A DNA stretch of 64,000 nucleotides from Candidatus Moraniibacteriota bacterium (GCA_041583775.1 JBFHFF010000005.1:43988-107987); one strand, 5' to 3'; positions 9,668 through 19,972 are shown, numbered from the stretch's first letter. Notes: generated by a model from the sequence alone, not told the origin. Numbers and translations: made by a program.

Positions 9668-10735
9668 ATGAAAACGCTAAAAGATTTAGAACTCAAAAAT
9701 AAAAAAGTTGTGTTGCGAGCCGGATTTGATCTCCCCTTAGAAGACGGAGAGATAGCTGATGATATTAGAATTAAATCAGCATTAAAGACAATAGAATATA
9801 TCAAGCAACAGGAGATTGATATGTTGTTGATTCTAAATCATATTGGAAGGCCAGAGGGACGAATTGTACCAGAGCTTTCAAATAAAGTGGTCGCGAAGAG
9901 ATTGCAGGAGCTTTCTGGCATTGTTGTCGAGGTCGTTGACACCATTGAGGATTTGCAAGCGTTAGTGAAAGGTGGTGAATTTGATAAAGAAAAAATCTAT
10001 ATGCTTGAGAATTTGAGATTTTGGAGAGAAGAGGAGGAAGCAGATAGTGTTTTTGGAAAAAACATTGGAGAACTTTTTGATGTATATGTAAACGATGCAT
10101 TTTCTGTTAGTCATAGAGCGCATGCATCCTTCGTAAGAGTGCCTGAATATACAAAGGAAAAATGTATGGGATTGCTTTTTGAGGAGGAGTATATGAACTT
10201 GAGTAAAGTGAAAAATGAACCAGAACATCCAGCAGTGATGGTTATTGGTGGAGCAAAAATTGCTACAAAATTGCCAGTAATTGAGAATATGATGCGAATC
10301 TATGATAGGGTTTTAGTTGGTGGGATGATTGCCAATGAAGCAATCGATGAAAGAATCGACCTTGGAGAAAAAGTTATGTTACCAACAGATTTCAATCCCA
10401 AGGGAAAAGAAGGAGAAAGATTGGACATTGGAGATGAGACAATAAAGGCCTATATTGAAGAAATTGAAAATGCAAAAACAATAGTATGGAATGGACCTTT
10501 GGGAAAATTTGAAGATGAAGAAGCTTCTGAGGGAACTAGGAGAATTGCCAAAGCAATTGCTAAAAATGAAGCTGCAACTCAAGTGATTGGTGGTGGAGAG
10601 ACATTGGAAGCTGTTGCTAGATTTAGCGAATTCTCTCATTTTGACTATGTATCAATGAGTGGAGGGGCGATGTTAGAATATTTGTCAGGAAAAACCTTGC
10701 CTGCAATTGAAGCGCTTGAGGACAGGGAAGAGTAA
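9668..10735 (+). CDS. pgk: Phosphoglycerate kinase
   Basis: LENLRF, YVNDAFSVSHRAHAS, GGAKI, WNGPLGKFE and SMSGGAMLEYLSGKTLP motifs. Confidence 0.95.
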   Translation: MKTLKDLELKNKKVVLRAGFDLPLEDGEIADDIRIKSALKTIEYIKQQEIDMLLILNHIGRPEGRIVPELSNKVVAKRLQELSGIVVEVVDTIEDLQALVKGGEFDKEKIYMLENLRFWREEEEADSVFGKNIGELFDVYVNDAFSVSHRAHASFVRVPEYTKEKCMGLLFEEEYMNLSKVKNEPEHPAVMVIGGAKIATKLPVIENMMRIYDRVLVGGMIANEAIDERIDLGEKVMLPTDFNPKGKEGERLDIGDETIKAYIEEIENAKTIVWNGPLGKFEDEEASEGTRRIAKAIAKNEAATQVIGGGETLEAVARFSEFSHFDYVSMSGGAMLEYLSGKTLPAIEALEDREE

Positions 10736-10750
10736 TTAATCTTTTCAAAA

Positions 10751-10811
10751 TTGACACTAAGCCTTAGTCTGTTAGAATTTACCTAGGTTTCAAATGGAAC
10801 CTAGGTAAATT
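10751..10811 (+). promoter_or_regulatory. Sigma70-type promoter overlapped by a 14-bp perfect inverted repeat
   Basis: TTGACA (10751)-16 bp-TAGAAT (10773); AATTTACCTAGGTT/AACCTAGGTAAATT at 10776-10811. Confidence 0.6.
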
Positions 10812-10822
10812 TTTAGAAAAGA

Positions 10823-11200
10823 ATGCAGAATCAAAATGCTACCCATATTATTTTTGATGTATATTTTGAACATTTTCCAAAGGAATTGGAAAATGTTGAT
10901 TTTTGGAAAATTCTAGGCAAAGAGGTTTTGTCTTGTGGAAATTTTTCAATTATGGGTAGTGCAATGCATAAATTTGAACCAGAAGGAATGAGTGGTTTTT
11001 GGCTACTTTGTGAATCACATCTTTCATTTCACACTTGGCCCCAAGAGAAGCGGGTTTTTATTGACCTTTTTTCTTGCGGAGACAAAAAAAGAACCTTGAG
11101 AACGATTGATAAATTGATTCAAGAGTTTGAAAAATTGAAAGGAGTGATTGAAAAAAGAAGAGATATAAAAAGAGGGTATATTTATCAAAAAGAGGAATAG
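10823..11200 (+). CDS. speD: Pyruvoyl-dependent S-adenosylmethionine decarboxylase-family proenzyme
   Basis: HKFEPEGMSG, ESHLSFHTWP autocleavage motif, IDLFSCG. Confidence 0.85.
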   Translation: MQNQNATHIIFDVYFEHFPKELENVDFWKILGKEVLSCGNFSIMGSAMHKFEPEGMSGFWLLCESHLSFHTWPQEKRVFIDLFSCGDKKRTLRTIDKLIQEFEKLKGVIEKRRDIKRGYIYQKEE

Positions 11201-11210
11201 CTTGGGAATA

Positions 11211-11966
11211 ATGAAAATTAGAAGTATTAAAACAGAAATATTGAAGCCACCAAAAATTGATCTTTTTGGTGTTTTGGATGAGTATATTCTAGACCTAAAA
11301 GAAGGTGACATTTTTTTTATTACTTCAAAAATCATAAGCTTATCTCAAAATAGGTGTGTGAAAATTTTGAATCCAGACAGTAGAGAATTGAAAAGAAAAC
11401 AAAAAGATGAACTTATTTTTCAAGAGGCAGAGGGCGTCATTGAAAGAAGAGAATATCCTGAAAATAAAAGACTTTTAACTATTACTAAAAATTTATTGAT
11501 TTGTGCTGCTGGAATTGACGAGAGTAATGCAAATGGATATTTTATTTTATTGCCAGAAAATTCAAATAGAGTTGCAAAAGAGATTTGTTTATATTTGAGA
11601 GAGAAGTTTAAATTGAAAAAATTAGGAGTAGTGATTACAGATAGTCACAGCACCCCTTTGCACAGAGGTTCTCTTGGAACAACAGTGGGATTTTTTGGTA
11701 TTAATCCATTGAATTCTCATGTTGGAAAGAGCGATATCTTTGGAAGGCAATTGGTTTCAGAGGTGACAAATGTTGTTGATTCATTGGCAACAATGGCGGT
11801 GTTTGTGATGGGCGAGACGAATGAGAAAACTCCGTTTGCAGTCATTAGTGATTTTGGGGAGAAAGTTGAGTTTACTGATGAGGTTGAATATGAGAAGTTT
11901 TTTTTGACATCACAGGAAGATATGTTTTCACCAATTCTAAAGAAATTCAAAAAACCGAAAACTTGA
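11211..11966 (+). CDS. CofE-like gamma-glutamyl ligase (F420-0:L-glutamate ligase family)
   Basis: ITSKIIS, AGIDESN, VVITDS, DIFGRQL and MGETNEKTP motifs. Confidence 0.85.
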   Translation: MKIRSIKTEILKPPKIDLFGVLDEYILDLKEGDIFFITSKIISLSQNRCVKILNPDSRELKRKQKDELIFQEAEGVIERREYPENKRLLTITKNLLICAAGIDESNANGYFILLPENSNRVAKEICLYLREKFKLKKLGVVITDSHSTPLHRGSLGTTVGFFGINPLNSHVGKSDIFGRQLVSEVTNVVDSLATMAVFVMGETNEKTPFAVISDFGEKVEFTDEVEYEKFFLTSQEDMFSPILKKFKKPKT

Positions 11967-12007
11967 AAAAATAACAAAAAGACTGTAATATTAAAAGCGT
12001 TTCATAT

Positions 12008-12078
12008 TGGGGAATCGCCAAGTGGTAAGGCACTGGTTTCTGGTACCAGTATCGGGGGTTCGAATCCCTCTTCCCCAA
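12008..12078 (+). tRNA. tRNA-Gln(CTG)
   Basis: TGGGGAATCGCCAAGTGGTAAGGCA, anticodon arm CTGGT-TTCTGGT-ACCAG, GGTTCGAATCC T-loop, TCCCCA acceptor; followed by a terminator-like hairpin. Confidence 0.95.
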
Positions 12079-12186
12079 CAGCTATTATAAAAGACACTTA
12101 ATGCAGGTGTCTTTTCTAATTACTTCTTTAGTTTCTTTTACGAAGGTGATATACTTTCAATATTATGAAGAATTTAATTTTTGTAT

Positions 12187-13274
12187 ATGAAAGTAGATAA
12201 ATTTCTTGAGGACATGGGCAGTAGGCTTTTCCTTGTTATTATTGAGAGCATTGCGTTTGTTAGTGTTCTTTTTTTGATTTCAAGTCTTTTTCACAGAAGA
12301 CAATTGGCTTTAATTGCATTTATCTTCTTGGTTTTATTCTTATTTAACATAAGTTTCACATTGCTTTTTAAGCGCGAAAGATATTTTAAGGTATCTTTTA
12401 TTTATGGAACTGTCTTAAACTTAATAATTCTTTTAATAGTAGGATTCAAAAGTACTGATTGGGTTGATGCGATAATTGTTTTTATTACATTTTCTTTGGT
12501 GTTTTTATTTACTTATAAACATATTAATGATAAGAGGTTAGTATTTTTGTTCAAGAACTTCTTAAAAATTCTTTTAACCCTTCTGTTTTTAACAAGTCTG
12601 CTTACTGGATTGATTGCAATTTGTAGTCTAATTTCCCTTAAATTAGGTTTCTATCCTAACTCAAGTTCCTTAACATTTCTAGTGATAATATTTTCTCTTT
12701 TCATATTATTATTTACTTTTGTTGTTTTACTTAATGTTTTATTTATCCCAACTTCATTTATTTTCACAGGAGAGTTAAAATATGGCATGATAATTAGGAC
12801 GTGGATTTTATTCTTAGGTATTATTTTATTATCTTTATGTTTAAAGCGAAGCCATTTTGGGGGTTTATTAGTGATCATCTCGACCCCTGTTATAGTAAGA
12901 TTGACTCAAAGGGACCAGAATACTCAGTTAAAGAGGATAGGATTTGTGTTTCCAACGGATCTGTTACAAGAACCTTCCAGGAAGTAGATTATGAAACTTT
13001 TGAAGATTTGAATTATGGTTATGCTAAAGACAAAAATGCTGTCTACAGAGGGACAGAAAAACTTAATGCCAATACAGAAACATTTGCAACTCTAGAGAAA
13101 TATGGCTATGCAAGTGATCACAAAAAATTATTTTATTTTGGTGAAAAGATAGAAAACTTAAATCCTGAAAAACTAAAGTTTATCGGAGATAAGTATTTGT
13201 ATGATGAAAATGTTTGTGTGGAGAAAAAAGGAAGAAATTTCATGGTTGTTGATAGTGAATTTTGTGTAAAATAA
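12187..13274 (+). pseudogene. Multi-TM membrane protein with a C-terminal DKNYY-type repeat region, split by an apparent -1 frameshift near 12820-12845
   Basis: Overlapping ORFs 12181-12987 (about 7 TM segments, then an implausible tail) and 12801-13274 (YGYAKDKNAVY, YGYASDHKKLFY, YLYDENVC repeats). Confidence 0.6.
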
Positions 13275-13368
13275 ATTTTAGGTGTTTTTTAGGTTAATGT
13301 TATGTGGAATTTTTGACAGATAAGTTCGAACTTCGTCCCACAGCCCCAACATACATTTTAAAAAAAAC

Positions 13369-13402
13369 AAAAGCCGCTTCTAAGGTTTTAGAAGTGGCTT
13401 TT
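13369..13402. terminator. Bidirectional intrinsic terminator
   Basis: AAAAGCCGCTTCTAA-ggtt-TTAGAAGTGGCTTTT between convergent genes. Confidence 0.75.
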
Positions 13403-13426
13403 TACTTGGTTGGTATCCAGAAAGAT

Positions 13427-13831
13427 TTATCCGATAAACTTTCCAATCAGGTCCTCGAGAATTTCTCTTAGTTCATTTTTCTCGGCATGATGCCGTTCTT
13501 TTTTTTCAGGATGTTCTTGCTCCCATCCTAATCCTAACATGGTATCCTTGATTATTTTTTCGACCACAAAATTGACAACCTTATCTTTTTCTGTGCCGGC
13601 AAAATCCGCATCGCAATCATTTTCCTCAAATGTTTTAAGTATGAAAAATTTGTTCTTTTGTGCCAATTCATAGCAATATAGCCATTGAGCTTCACAAGGG
13701 ATGTTGCGCTCGATGAAAATTTTCAATGAATTGCCGCTTGTGGGATCAGAATGATAGGTGCAGTCGACGGGATCGGTATCCCATTCATAAATGATCGGTA
13801 GACTCCTGATATAAAATATGTCAAGTTCCAT
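13427..13831 (-). CDS. Hypothetical protein
   Basis: 134-aa ORF with an AAGGAGA RBS upstream and a terminator downstream; no motif recognised. Confidence 0.7.
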   Translation of the reverse strand: MELDIFYIRSLPIIYEWDTDPVDCTYHSDPTSGNSLKIFIERNIPCEAQWLYCYELAQKNKFFILKTFEENDCDADFAGTEKDKVVNFVVEKIIKDTMLGLGWEQEHPEKKERHHAEKNELREILEDLIGKFIG

Positions 13832-14133
13832 AGCCCATCTCCTTTTAGGTTAATTTTTGACTTGGTTTGGTTGAAATTAAAACATCTTGCTGATTTAACT
13901 AAATCACGATTTTTTCTGAATAAATTTGAAAAAACTATAGTTGCTTAGCATATCTCACAGATCTTTGTTTGTCAATAATCATATATCTGTACACATTACA
14001 CACTTTCCTTGACAAAACACTTATTTGTGATAAAATCGTCAGGCTGAAAAAATGATAGCAGTTCTATGTCGGGACTCTTTTTTGTTTCAAGATAAAAAAA
14101 CTTGTCAATAAAAAATAAATTTTCATTCGTTTC

Positions 14134-15011
14134 ATGCCTTACCTTGCTTTGGAAAAAAGTTGGCTAAGAGTAATAAATAAATTAAAAAAATTCGAAAAGA
14201 ATTAAGTAAAAAAGCGAAAACAATAATCGTTTTAATAGCAATAGCAATTAGCTCAACAACTGTTGTTCCTGTGGCTTTGGCCGAGAATTTGCCAGAAAAG
14301 AGCATTGCTGAGTTTTCTAAAGAGAGGCTCAAAAAAGTTAAAAAAGTTGAGAATTACGATAAAGTGAAAGCGAGACAGTTAAATGAGGAGAAGAAGATTG
14401 ACTCCGAATTGCAAGATGAAAAATCTCACATAAAAGAACTAAGAGAAGCGGTTAAGTTTGCTAGTGAAAAGACTGGTGTGAGAGAAGATTTTTTGTTCGG
14501 TATGCTAACCGTTGAATCTGATCTTGGAAGAAATACGGGAAAATGTACCTATGCTCAAGTTGAGACAGGCGTTGAAAAGTCTTATAAAAAAGGACTTTTG
14601 GGGCAAAAAACCTATAATACCTTCATTGAAAGACGAGAGCATATTAAAAATATTGCGAAAGAAATTGGTCGTGATTATGAGAGTCTTGGTGTTTCATGCA
14701 ATCCTGCAAAATATGTAGGAACCGGTGGAGCCATGGGCGTGCCACAATTTATGCCAGATATGTGGGTTCATTACAAAGACCGTATCTCTGAGATAGTTGA
14801 AAAAGAAAGTCCTGATCCTTGGATCTTAAAAGATGGAATAGTTGCTATGGCACTTCTTTTGTCTGACACCGTAGGTGTAACGGATCATAATTATTACTCA
14901 GAAAGAAATGCTGCTAAGATATATCTATCAGGTACGACCTCATCACGGTATGATTGGTATGCCAATAAGATAATGTACTGGGCTAAGAATCATGAGGCAC
15001 TTATGAGTTAG
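14134..15011 (+). CDS. Lytic murein transglycosylase (SLT-like); the signal-peptide 5' end appears shifted at an A7 run
   Basis: GMLTVESDLG, GGAMGVPQFMP and PDPWILKDG motifs; the frame upstream of GTG 14271 encodes a signal peptide but has no ATG; ATG 14134 is in a different frame. Confidence 0.75.
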
Positions 15012-15030
15012 ATTAAAAAGGTTTTTGTGT

Positions 15031-15060
15031 AAAAAAGACATCTATTAGGGTGTCTTTTTT
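15031..15060. terminator. Intrinsic terminator
   Basis: AAAAAAGACATC-tattag-GGTGTCTTTTTT. Confidence 0.7.
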
Positions 15061-15162
15061 GTTTTTTGCAAACTTTAATTTTTTCTTTCGTATTGTATCT
15101 ATAAAGACAGGGGAATCTTTTTTGTTGCACTGCACAATAATGTATAAAAAGCAAAAAGAAAA

Positions 15163-15864
15163 ATGAAAACAGAGCAAAAGAAAATGTCTTTGGGGTTTGG
15201 ATTAATGACTTGCGGAATGGTATTGTCATTTTTTTGTTTAGTTCCAAAGATTAGAGTTTTGGCTATGGATCCTTCAGGAGGATTAAGTGCTGGCAATAGG
15301 GAGGAGGCTATGGCCGATGCTCTTGAGGCTTGTGAGGACGCATCAGTTGGGGATGAATGTTCGCTCAGTATAAACGATGAAGATGTTAGTGGTATATGTA
15401 AAACGGGCCCTGCGGGTGATAATGAATTGATGTGTTTGCCAGAAGGTGTTGTTGGTGGTAGAGCACCGGGGAAAGGGCGGGGTGGCGCGCAAGACTTGAA
15501 TCAGAAGCACCCAGAAGAAATAAAAACTGCTCAAAAGAAAATAGCTGGAAATGTTGAACAAAGAATGCTTCAACAAAAAGCCAATGCGGCTAAAATAATT
15601 AGCATGGTAGAAAAGATAATTATATATATAGAATCCCAAGAGATAGATGCTACGGAAATCAGAAATCAGCTTGAGATTTTTAAAGCCAAAAAAGATGAGT
15701 TAACAAATGCTTATACGGCATATTCCGAGTTAGAAGAAGAGAATGATGTTGATGATTTAAAAACAGCTAGAGAAAATATAATAACCTTAGCAAAGAGCAC
15801 AAAAGCATACTTTCAAGAAACTTTGAAAGTAACTATACAAGAAACTCTTTCGGAAATAAACTAA
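15163..15864 (+). CDS. Secreted protein with a 4-Cys N-terminal module and a helical C-terminal domain
   Basis: Signal peptide, ACEDASVGDECS...GICK...LMCLP, amphipathic helical C-terminus. Confidence 0.75.
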   Translation: MKTEQKKMSLGFGLMTCGMVLSFFCLVPKIRVLAMDPSGGLSAGNREEAMADALEACEDASVGDECSLSINDEDVSGICKTGPAGDNELMCLPEGVVGGRAPGKGRGGAQDLNQKHPEEIKTAQKKIAGNVEQRMLQQKANAAKIISMVEKIIIYIESQEIDATEIRNQLEIFKAKKDELTNAYTAYSELEEENDVDDLKTARENIITLAKSTKAYFQETLKVTIQETLSEIN

Positions 15865-15867
15865 ATT

Positions 15868-16212
15868 TTGACGATGAAAAAAAATATTATTCTAGGGGTA
15901 TCCTTATTTTTACTTATAACAGCTTTTTGTAGCGCTCTTTATTTTATTGTAGTGGTTGATGAAAATGCCAAGAAGAATGAGGAATTATTAAAAGCACAGG
16001 AAATTGAAGCAAAAGCAGCGCTGGAAGGAGAAAGTAAAAATAGTGTATGGTCGAACAATAACAATATAGAAACTGAGAAAGAAATTGACGCTACTAAAGA
16101 AGAAGCATTAAATGGCGAAAATATTATTAATATAGAAAACAAGGATGATGCTCAAAAAGTTTTAGAAGAAGCAATTGAAATCACTGAAGCAATGGATGAT
16201 ATAACTTTTTAA
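15868..16212 (+). CDS. Small acidic membrane-anchored protein
   Basis: N-terminal TM segment then an acidic tail; 3 bp after the upstream stop. Confidence 0.7.
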   Translation: MTMKKNIILGVSLFLLITAFCSALYFIVVVDENAKKNEELLKAQEIEAKAALEGESKNSVWSNNNNIETEKEIDATKEEALNGENIINIENKDDAQKVLEEAIEITEAMDDITF

Positions 16213-16443
16213 TTTAGTTCTATTGAGAAGGGGGTGAATAAAATTACCCCTTTCATTTTTTTTGTTAATCTTTGTATGTAAATAAAGAACTGCACATGGA
16301 ACATTTTAGTGCTGTAATCTGGAAAATGTAAGTTTAAATAGTGTATAATCTCTAATTTGTGTTATAATTATCACAGGAAAGTTAGGGTTTTATTGTTCTG
16401 ACAATCTAAAAAGGGAGTTGTGTTAATTTTTTATCGAAAAATA

Positions 16444-17067
16444 ATGCAATCACTTGAACAACTTATTTTACATTTGAAAAGAAGTGGGGTTTTGAAATCA
16501 TTTTCCATTGAAAATGCGCTTAGGGCGGTTGATCGAAAAAATTTTGTTTCAACGGAAACAAAGAGTTTTGCTTATGAGGATCGAGCTCTTAAGACATTTA
16601 AAAACCAAACCATCTCTCAACCAACGACAGTTGTTTTTATGCTTGAACTTTTGGATTTAGAACAAGGTGATAGAGTTTTAGATATTGGCGCTGGCAGTGG
16701 ATGGGTTAGTTGTTTAATTGCCAGTATTGTCGGAAAAGAAGGATTTGTTGATGCTTTTGAGCTTGAAGAAGTTGTCGGTGTTTTTGGTTTAAAAAATATA
16801 AAAAGAAGCGGTTTTGAAAATATAAACTATCAAATAAAGGATGCTGGTGAAAGTTGGAGGAGAAGAATTTTATATGATAAAATTTACGCAGGCGCAGCTT
16901 TTAGGGAGGTCCCGACTGATTTAGCGAGTAGTCTTAAGATTGGAGGGATTTTCGTGGGTCCGACTCAAGATGGATTCATTGTGAAAATAATGAAAAAAAG
17001 TAGAAAAAAAATCCTGGTAGAGGCCTATCCAGGATTTTCTTTTGTACCTTTTATTGAAAAAGTTTAA
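16444..17067 (+). CDS. pcm: Protein-L-isoaspartate O-methyltransferase
   Basis: VDRKNF, AYEDRAL, QTISQP, VLDIGAGSGW and FSFVP motifs. Confidence 0.9.
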   Translation: MQSLEQLILHLKRSGVLKSFSIENALRAVDRKNFVSTETKSFAYEDRALKTFKNQTISQPTTVVFMLELLDLEQGDRVLDIGAGSGWVSCLIASIVGKEGFVDAFELEEVVGVFGLKNIKRSGFENINYQIKDAGESWRRRILYDKIYAGAAFREVPTDLASSLKIGGIFVGPTQDGFIVKIMKKSRKKILVEAYPGFSFVPFIEKV

Positions 17068-17082
17068 TTTATTTGCTTGTTT

Positions 17083-18879
17083 TTATGCCTTCTTTTTTCT
17101 TTTGGCCTGAACTCTTTCATTCTCAGTCAAATATTGTTTTCTGAGACGAACACTTTTGGGTGTGATTTCTAGATATTCATCTTCACTCATAACACTCATT
17201 CCTCTTTCGAGTGTTAATTCAATTGGAGGTGTAAGTCTAATTGCTTCATCTGCTCCAGAAGAACGCATATTTGTAAGTTGCTTTCCCTTGATTGGGTTAA
17301 CAGTCATATCATCTCCACTGGTAACATTTCCGATTACCATTCCTTCATAAACCTCAGTTGCAGCATTGATATATAAACTTCCACGATTTTGAAGACTGTA
17401 TAATGAGAAGCCAAGAGCTTTACCAGTTTCTTTGGAAATCATTGATGAAGACTTGCTTTTTTCAATTTTTCCAGCATATGGTTTGAAACCAATTACACGA
17501 GTGTAGAGGATTCCTTCACCTTTCGTATCAACTACAAAATCATTTCGATAACCAAGTAATCCACGAGTTGGAATTTCAAAAATAATACGAGTAGTTTGAT
17601 TTTTTGTTTCCATAAACATTAAAATACCAGCTCTTCTTTGAAGTTTTTTGATTACAGTACCACTCATATCTTCTGGCACAGAAATTGTTACTTCTTCGAA
17701 CGGTTCTAGTTTTTGACCATCCTCCTCCTTGATGATGATGTTCGGTTGTGAGATTTGAATCTCAAATCCTTCTCGTCTCATATTTTCAAGTAAGATTGCA
17801 ATGTGCATTTCTCCTCGCCCGTATACCTTAAAGGCATCACCTGCTGAAAAATCAACTTTCAATCCAACATTAACTTCTAATTCCTTTTTGAGTCTTTCGC
17901 GAATTTGTTGTCCTGTAACGAAAGTTCCTTCGCGTCCAGCAAAAGGAGAGCTGTTAACAAGAAAATTAAGTGATATAGTAGGTTCATCTATTGAAATAGC
18001 TGGTAAAGTTTCAACGCTTTCTTTTTCACAAATCGTTTCACCAATACTGATATCAGAAAGTCCAGCAACCATAATGATATCACCAGCGCTAGCTTCTTTT
18101 ACCTCTTTCTTTTCTAGTCCTTCAAAAGTGAAAAGTTTTGTGATTTTTCCGTTTCTAATCGTGCCATCAACATTTTTAATTAATATTGTTGATGCATCAC
18201 GAATTGTTCCTGCATAGATCCTACAAATTGCAAGTCTCCCAAGGAAGTTATCATATCCTAAATTAAAAGATTGAGCTCTAAGATCTTCTTTTGCAAGTCC
18301 TTCGCCGGAAGCTGAAGGAACTTTTTCTAAGATGGCATCTAATATTGGTGAAAGATCTTTCATTTCGTCCCCTATTTCTTTTTTTGCAAGACCTTCACGA
18401 GCAATTGAATAAAGTGTTTGAAAACTAAGCTGTTCATCATTTGCCCCAAGATCCAGGAATAACTCATACACCATTTCTTCAACTTCACTGATTCTTGCTG
18501 CTGGTTTGTCTATTTTGTTGATTACCACAATTGGTTTTAGTCCAAGTTCAAGTGATTTTTTTAAAACAAACTTGGTTTGTGGCATTGGACCTTCTTGTGC
18601 ATCAACAATAAGTAAAACGCAGTCGATTGAACGCAAAACTCGCTCAACTTCACTTCCAAAATCTGCATGTCCCGGAGTGTCAACGATATTTATCTTTGTG
18701 TTTTTATATGTAACAGAGGTATTTTTTGAATAAATTGTGATTCCTCGCTCTTGTTCAAGAGCATTAGAGTCCATACTAACATCGGAAGTCGACATTCCTG
18801 TTTGTTGCATTAATGCATCAGTTAGAGTTGTTTTGCCATGGTCTACATGGGCGATGATTGCGATATTTTTGATTTCCAT
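17083..18879 (-). CDS. typA: Translational GTPase TypA/BipA
   Basis: AHVDHGKTTL, ERGITI, DTPGHADFGSEVER, GRGEMHIAILLENMRREG and KQLTNMRSSG motifs. Confidence 0.97.
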   Translation of the reverse strand: MEIKNIAIIAHVDHGKTTLTDALMQQTGMSTSDVSMDSNALEQERGITIYSKNTSVTYKNTKINIVDTPGHADFGSEVERVLRSIDCVLLIVDAQEGPMPQTKFVLKKSLELGLKPIVVINKIDKPAARISEVEEMVYELFLDLGANDEQLSFQTLYSIAREGLAKKEIGDEMKDLSPILDAILEKVPSASGEGLAKEDLRAQSFNLGYDNFLGRLAICRIYAGTIRDASTILIKNVDGTIRNGKITKLFTFEGLEKKEVKEASAGDIIMVAGLSDISIGETICEKESVETLPAISIDEPTISLNFLVNSSPFAGREGTFVTGQQIRERLKKELEVNVGLKVDFSAGDAFKVYGRGEMHIAILLENMRREGFEIQISQPNIIIKEEDGQKLEPFEEVTISVPEDMSGTVIKKLQRRAGILMFMETKNQTTRIIFEIPTRGLLGYRNDFVVDTKGEGILYTRVIGFKPYAGKIEKSKSSSMISKETGKALGFSLYSLQNRGSLYINAATEVYEGMVIGNVTSGDDMTVNPIKGKQLTNMRSSGADEAIRLTPPIELTLERGMSVMSEDEYLEITPKSVRLRKQYLTENERVQAKRKKKA

Positions 18880-19262
18880 AAAAAAGTAAAACCGCTCCTT
18901 TGTGAAACGGATAAAATTAAAACATAAAATTAGCGTATCTGAAAAATTTGTCTATATAATTGATACTACATTTTGGACTAAATGTCAACACTCTGTGACA
19001 CTTGGAATGCAATTGAATTATTGGTATTTATCTATTTTTCAGCTCAACCCTTGACTAAAAATCCTTTTTTTGCTTTATTCAACTCGTGCCTAAAAGCACA
19101 AAGGGCAACATGATTCTGTTGAAAAAGAATCTGTTGTTTTTTAGTACTTTAAAACCTAGTGGTTTAAGATAAATCTTCGTAAAAAGGAGGTGATGCAAAT
19201 AAAAACATTTTTGGCAATTATTTTTTATAATCTTTTCAACAAAAACAAGAAGGGGAATTAAA

Positions 19263-19754
19263 ATGAAGAAATTTTTAATCTTAGGTTTGATAATGGTGAA
19301 TCTTTTTCTTGGAACAAAATTTCTAAATGCTACCATATGTAGCACTGAACTAGGATCAATAAGTATTGGCAATACTATAGCAGATATGAAAGTTGTAGGT
19401 AATTTCGTATATGTTGCAGCTAGCAGATCACTTAAAATTATCGACATCACAGCTCGTGACAATCCTTGGGTTGTCTCAACCTTAACAATTCCCAATAATT
19501 GTTATGCTGGAGCTGTTGAATTTGTAAACAACACTGTTTATGTTTTAGATAGTGCAGGAAGGATTCACTCAATCAATGTGACTTACCCGTAGAGTCCGAC
19601 TATTAATGAGATAATAACAGTCGGGGAGGATTCATACGATTATGGAAAGGATTTGTTTTTGAGAGATGGAAAATTATATGCGGTCTGTTTGGATAGCGGA
19701 CTTCATATTATCGATCTGGAAACATTTGATGAGATAGGATCTTTTCCATCGTAA
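19263..19754 (+). pseudogene. Secreted LVIVD-repeat-like beta protein interrupted by an in-frame TAG at 19590-19592
   Basis: Signal peptide; VYVAASRSLKIIDITARDNP repeat; after the TAG the same frame continues SPTINEIITVGEDSYDYGKDLFLRDGKLYAVCLDSGLHIIDLETFDEIGSFPS to TAA 19754. Confidence 0.7.
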
Positions 19755-19972
19755 CAACGATAAATTTCTCCTATCAAAGGTTGAATGTAACTGTTCTAAA
19801 GGATATTGGTATTAAATATAATATTTTATTTAAGCACAAAATAAATCTTTTGTCAATTACAACATTGCTCTTGTATTCTTGTTTATGGTATAATTAAAAA
19901 AGAATAAAAAATGAAAAAACTAAAGAAAATTTTAGTCTTATAAAAAGGATAATAAAAATTAAAAAAGGAAAA

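Noticed and set aside
14037-14100. c-di-AMP (ydaO) riboswitch upstream of the lytic transglycosylase
   Set aside because: Only a GCTGAA word matches; the rest of the consensus is missing.
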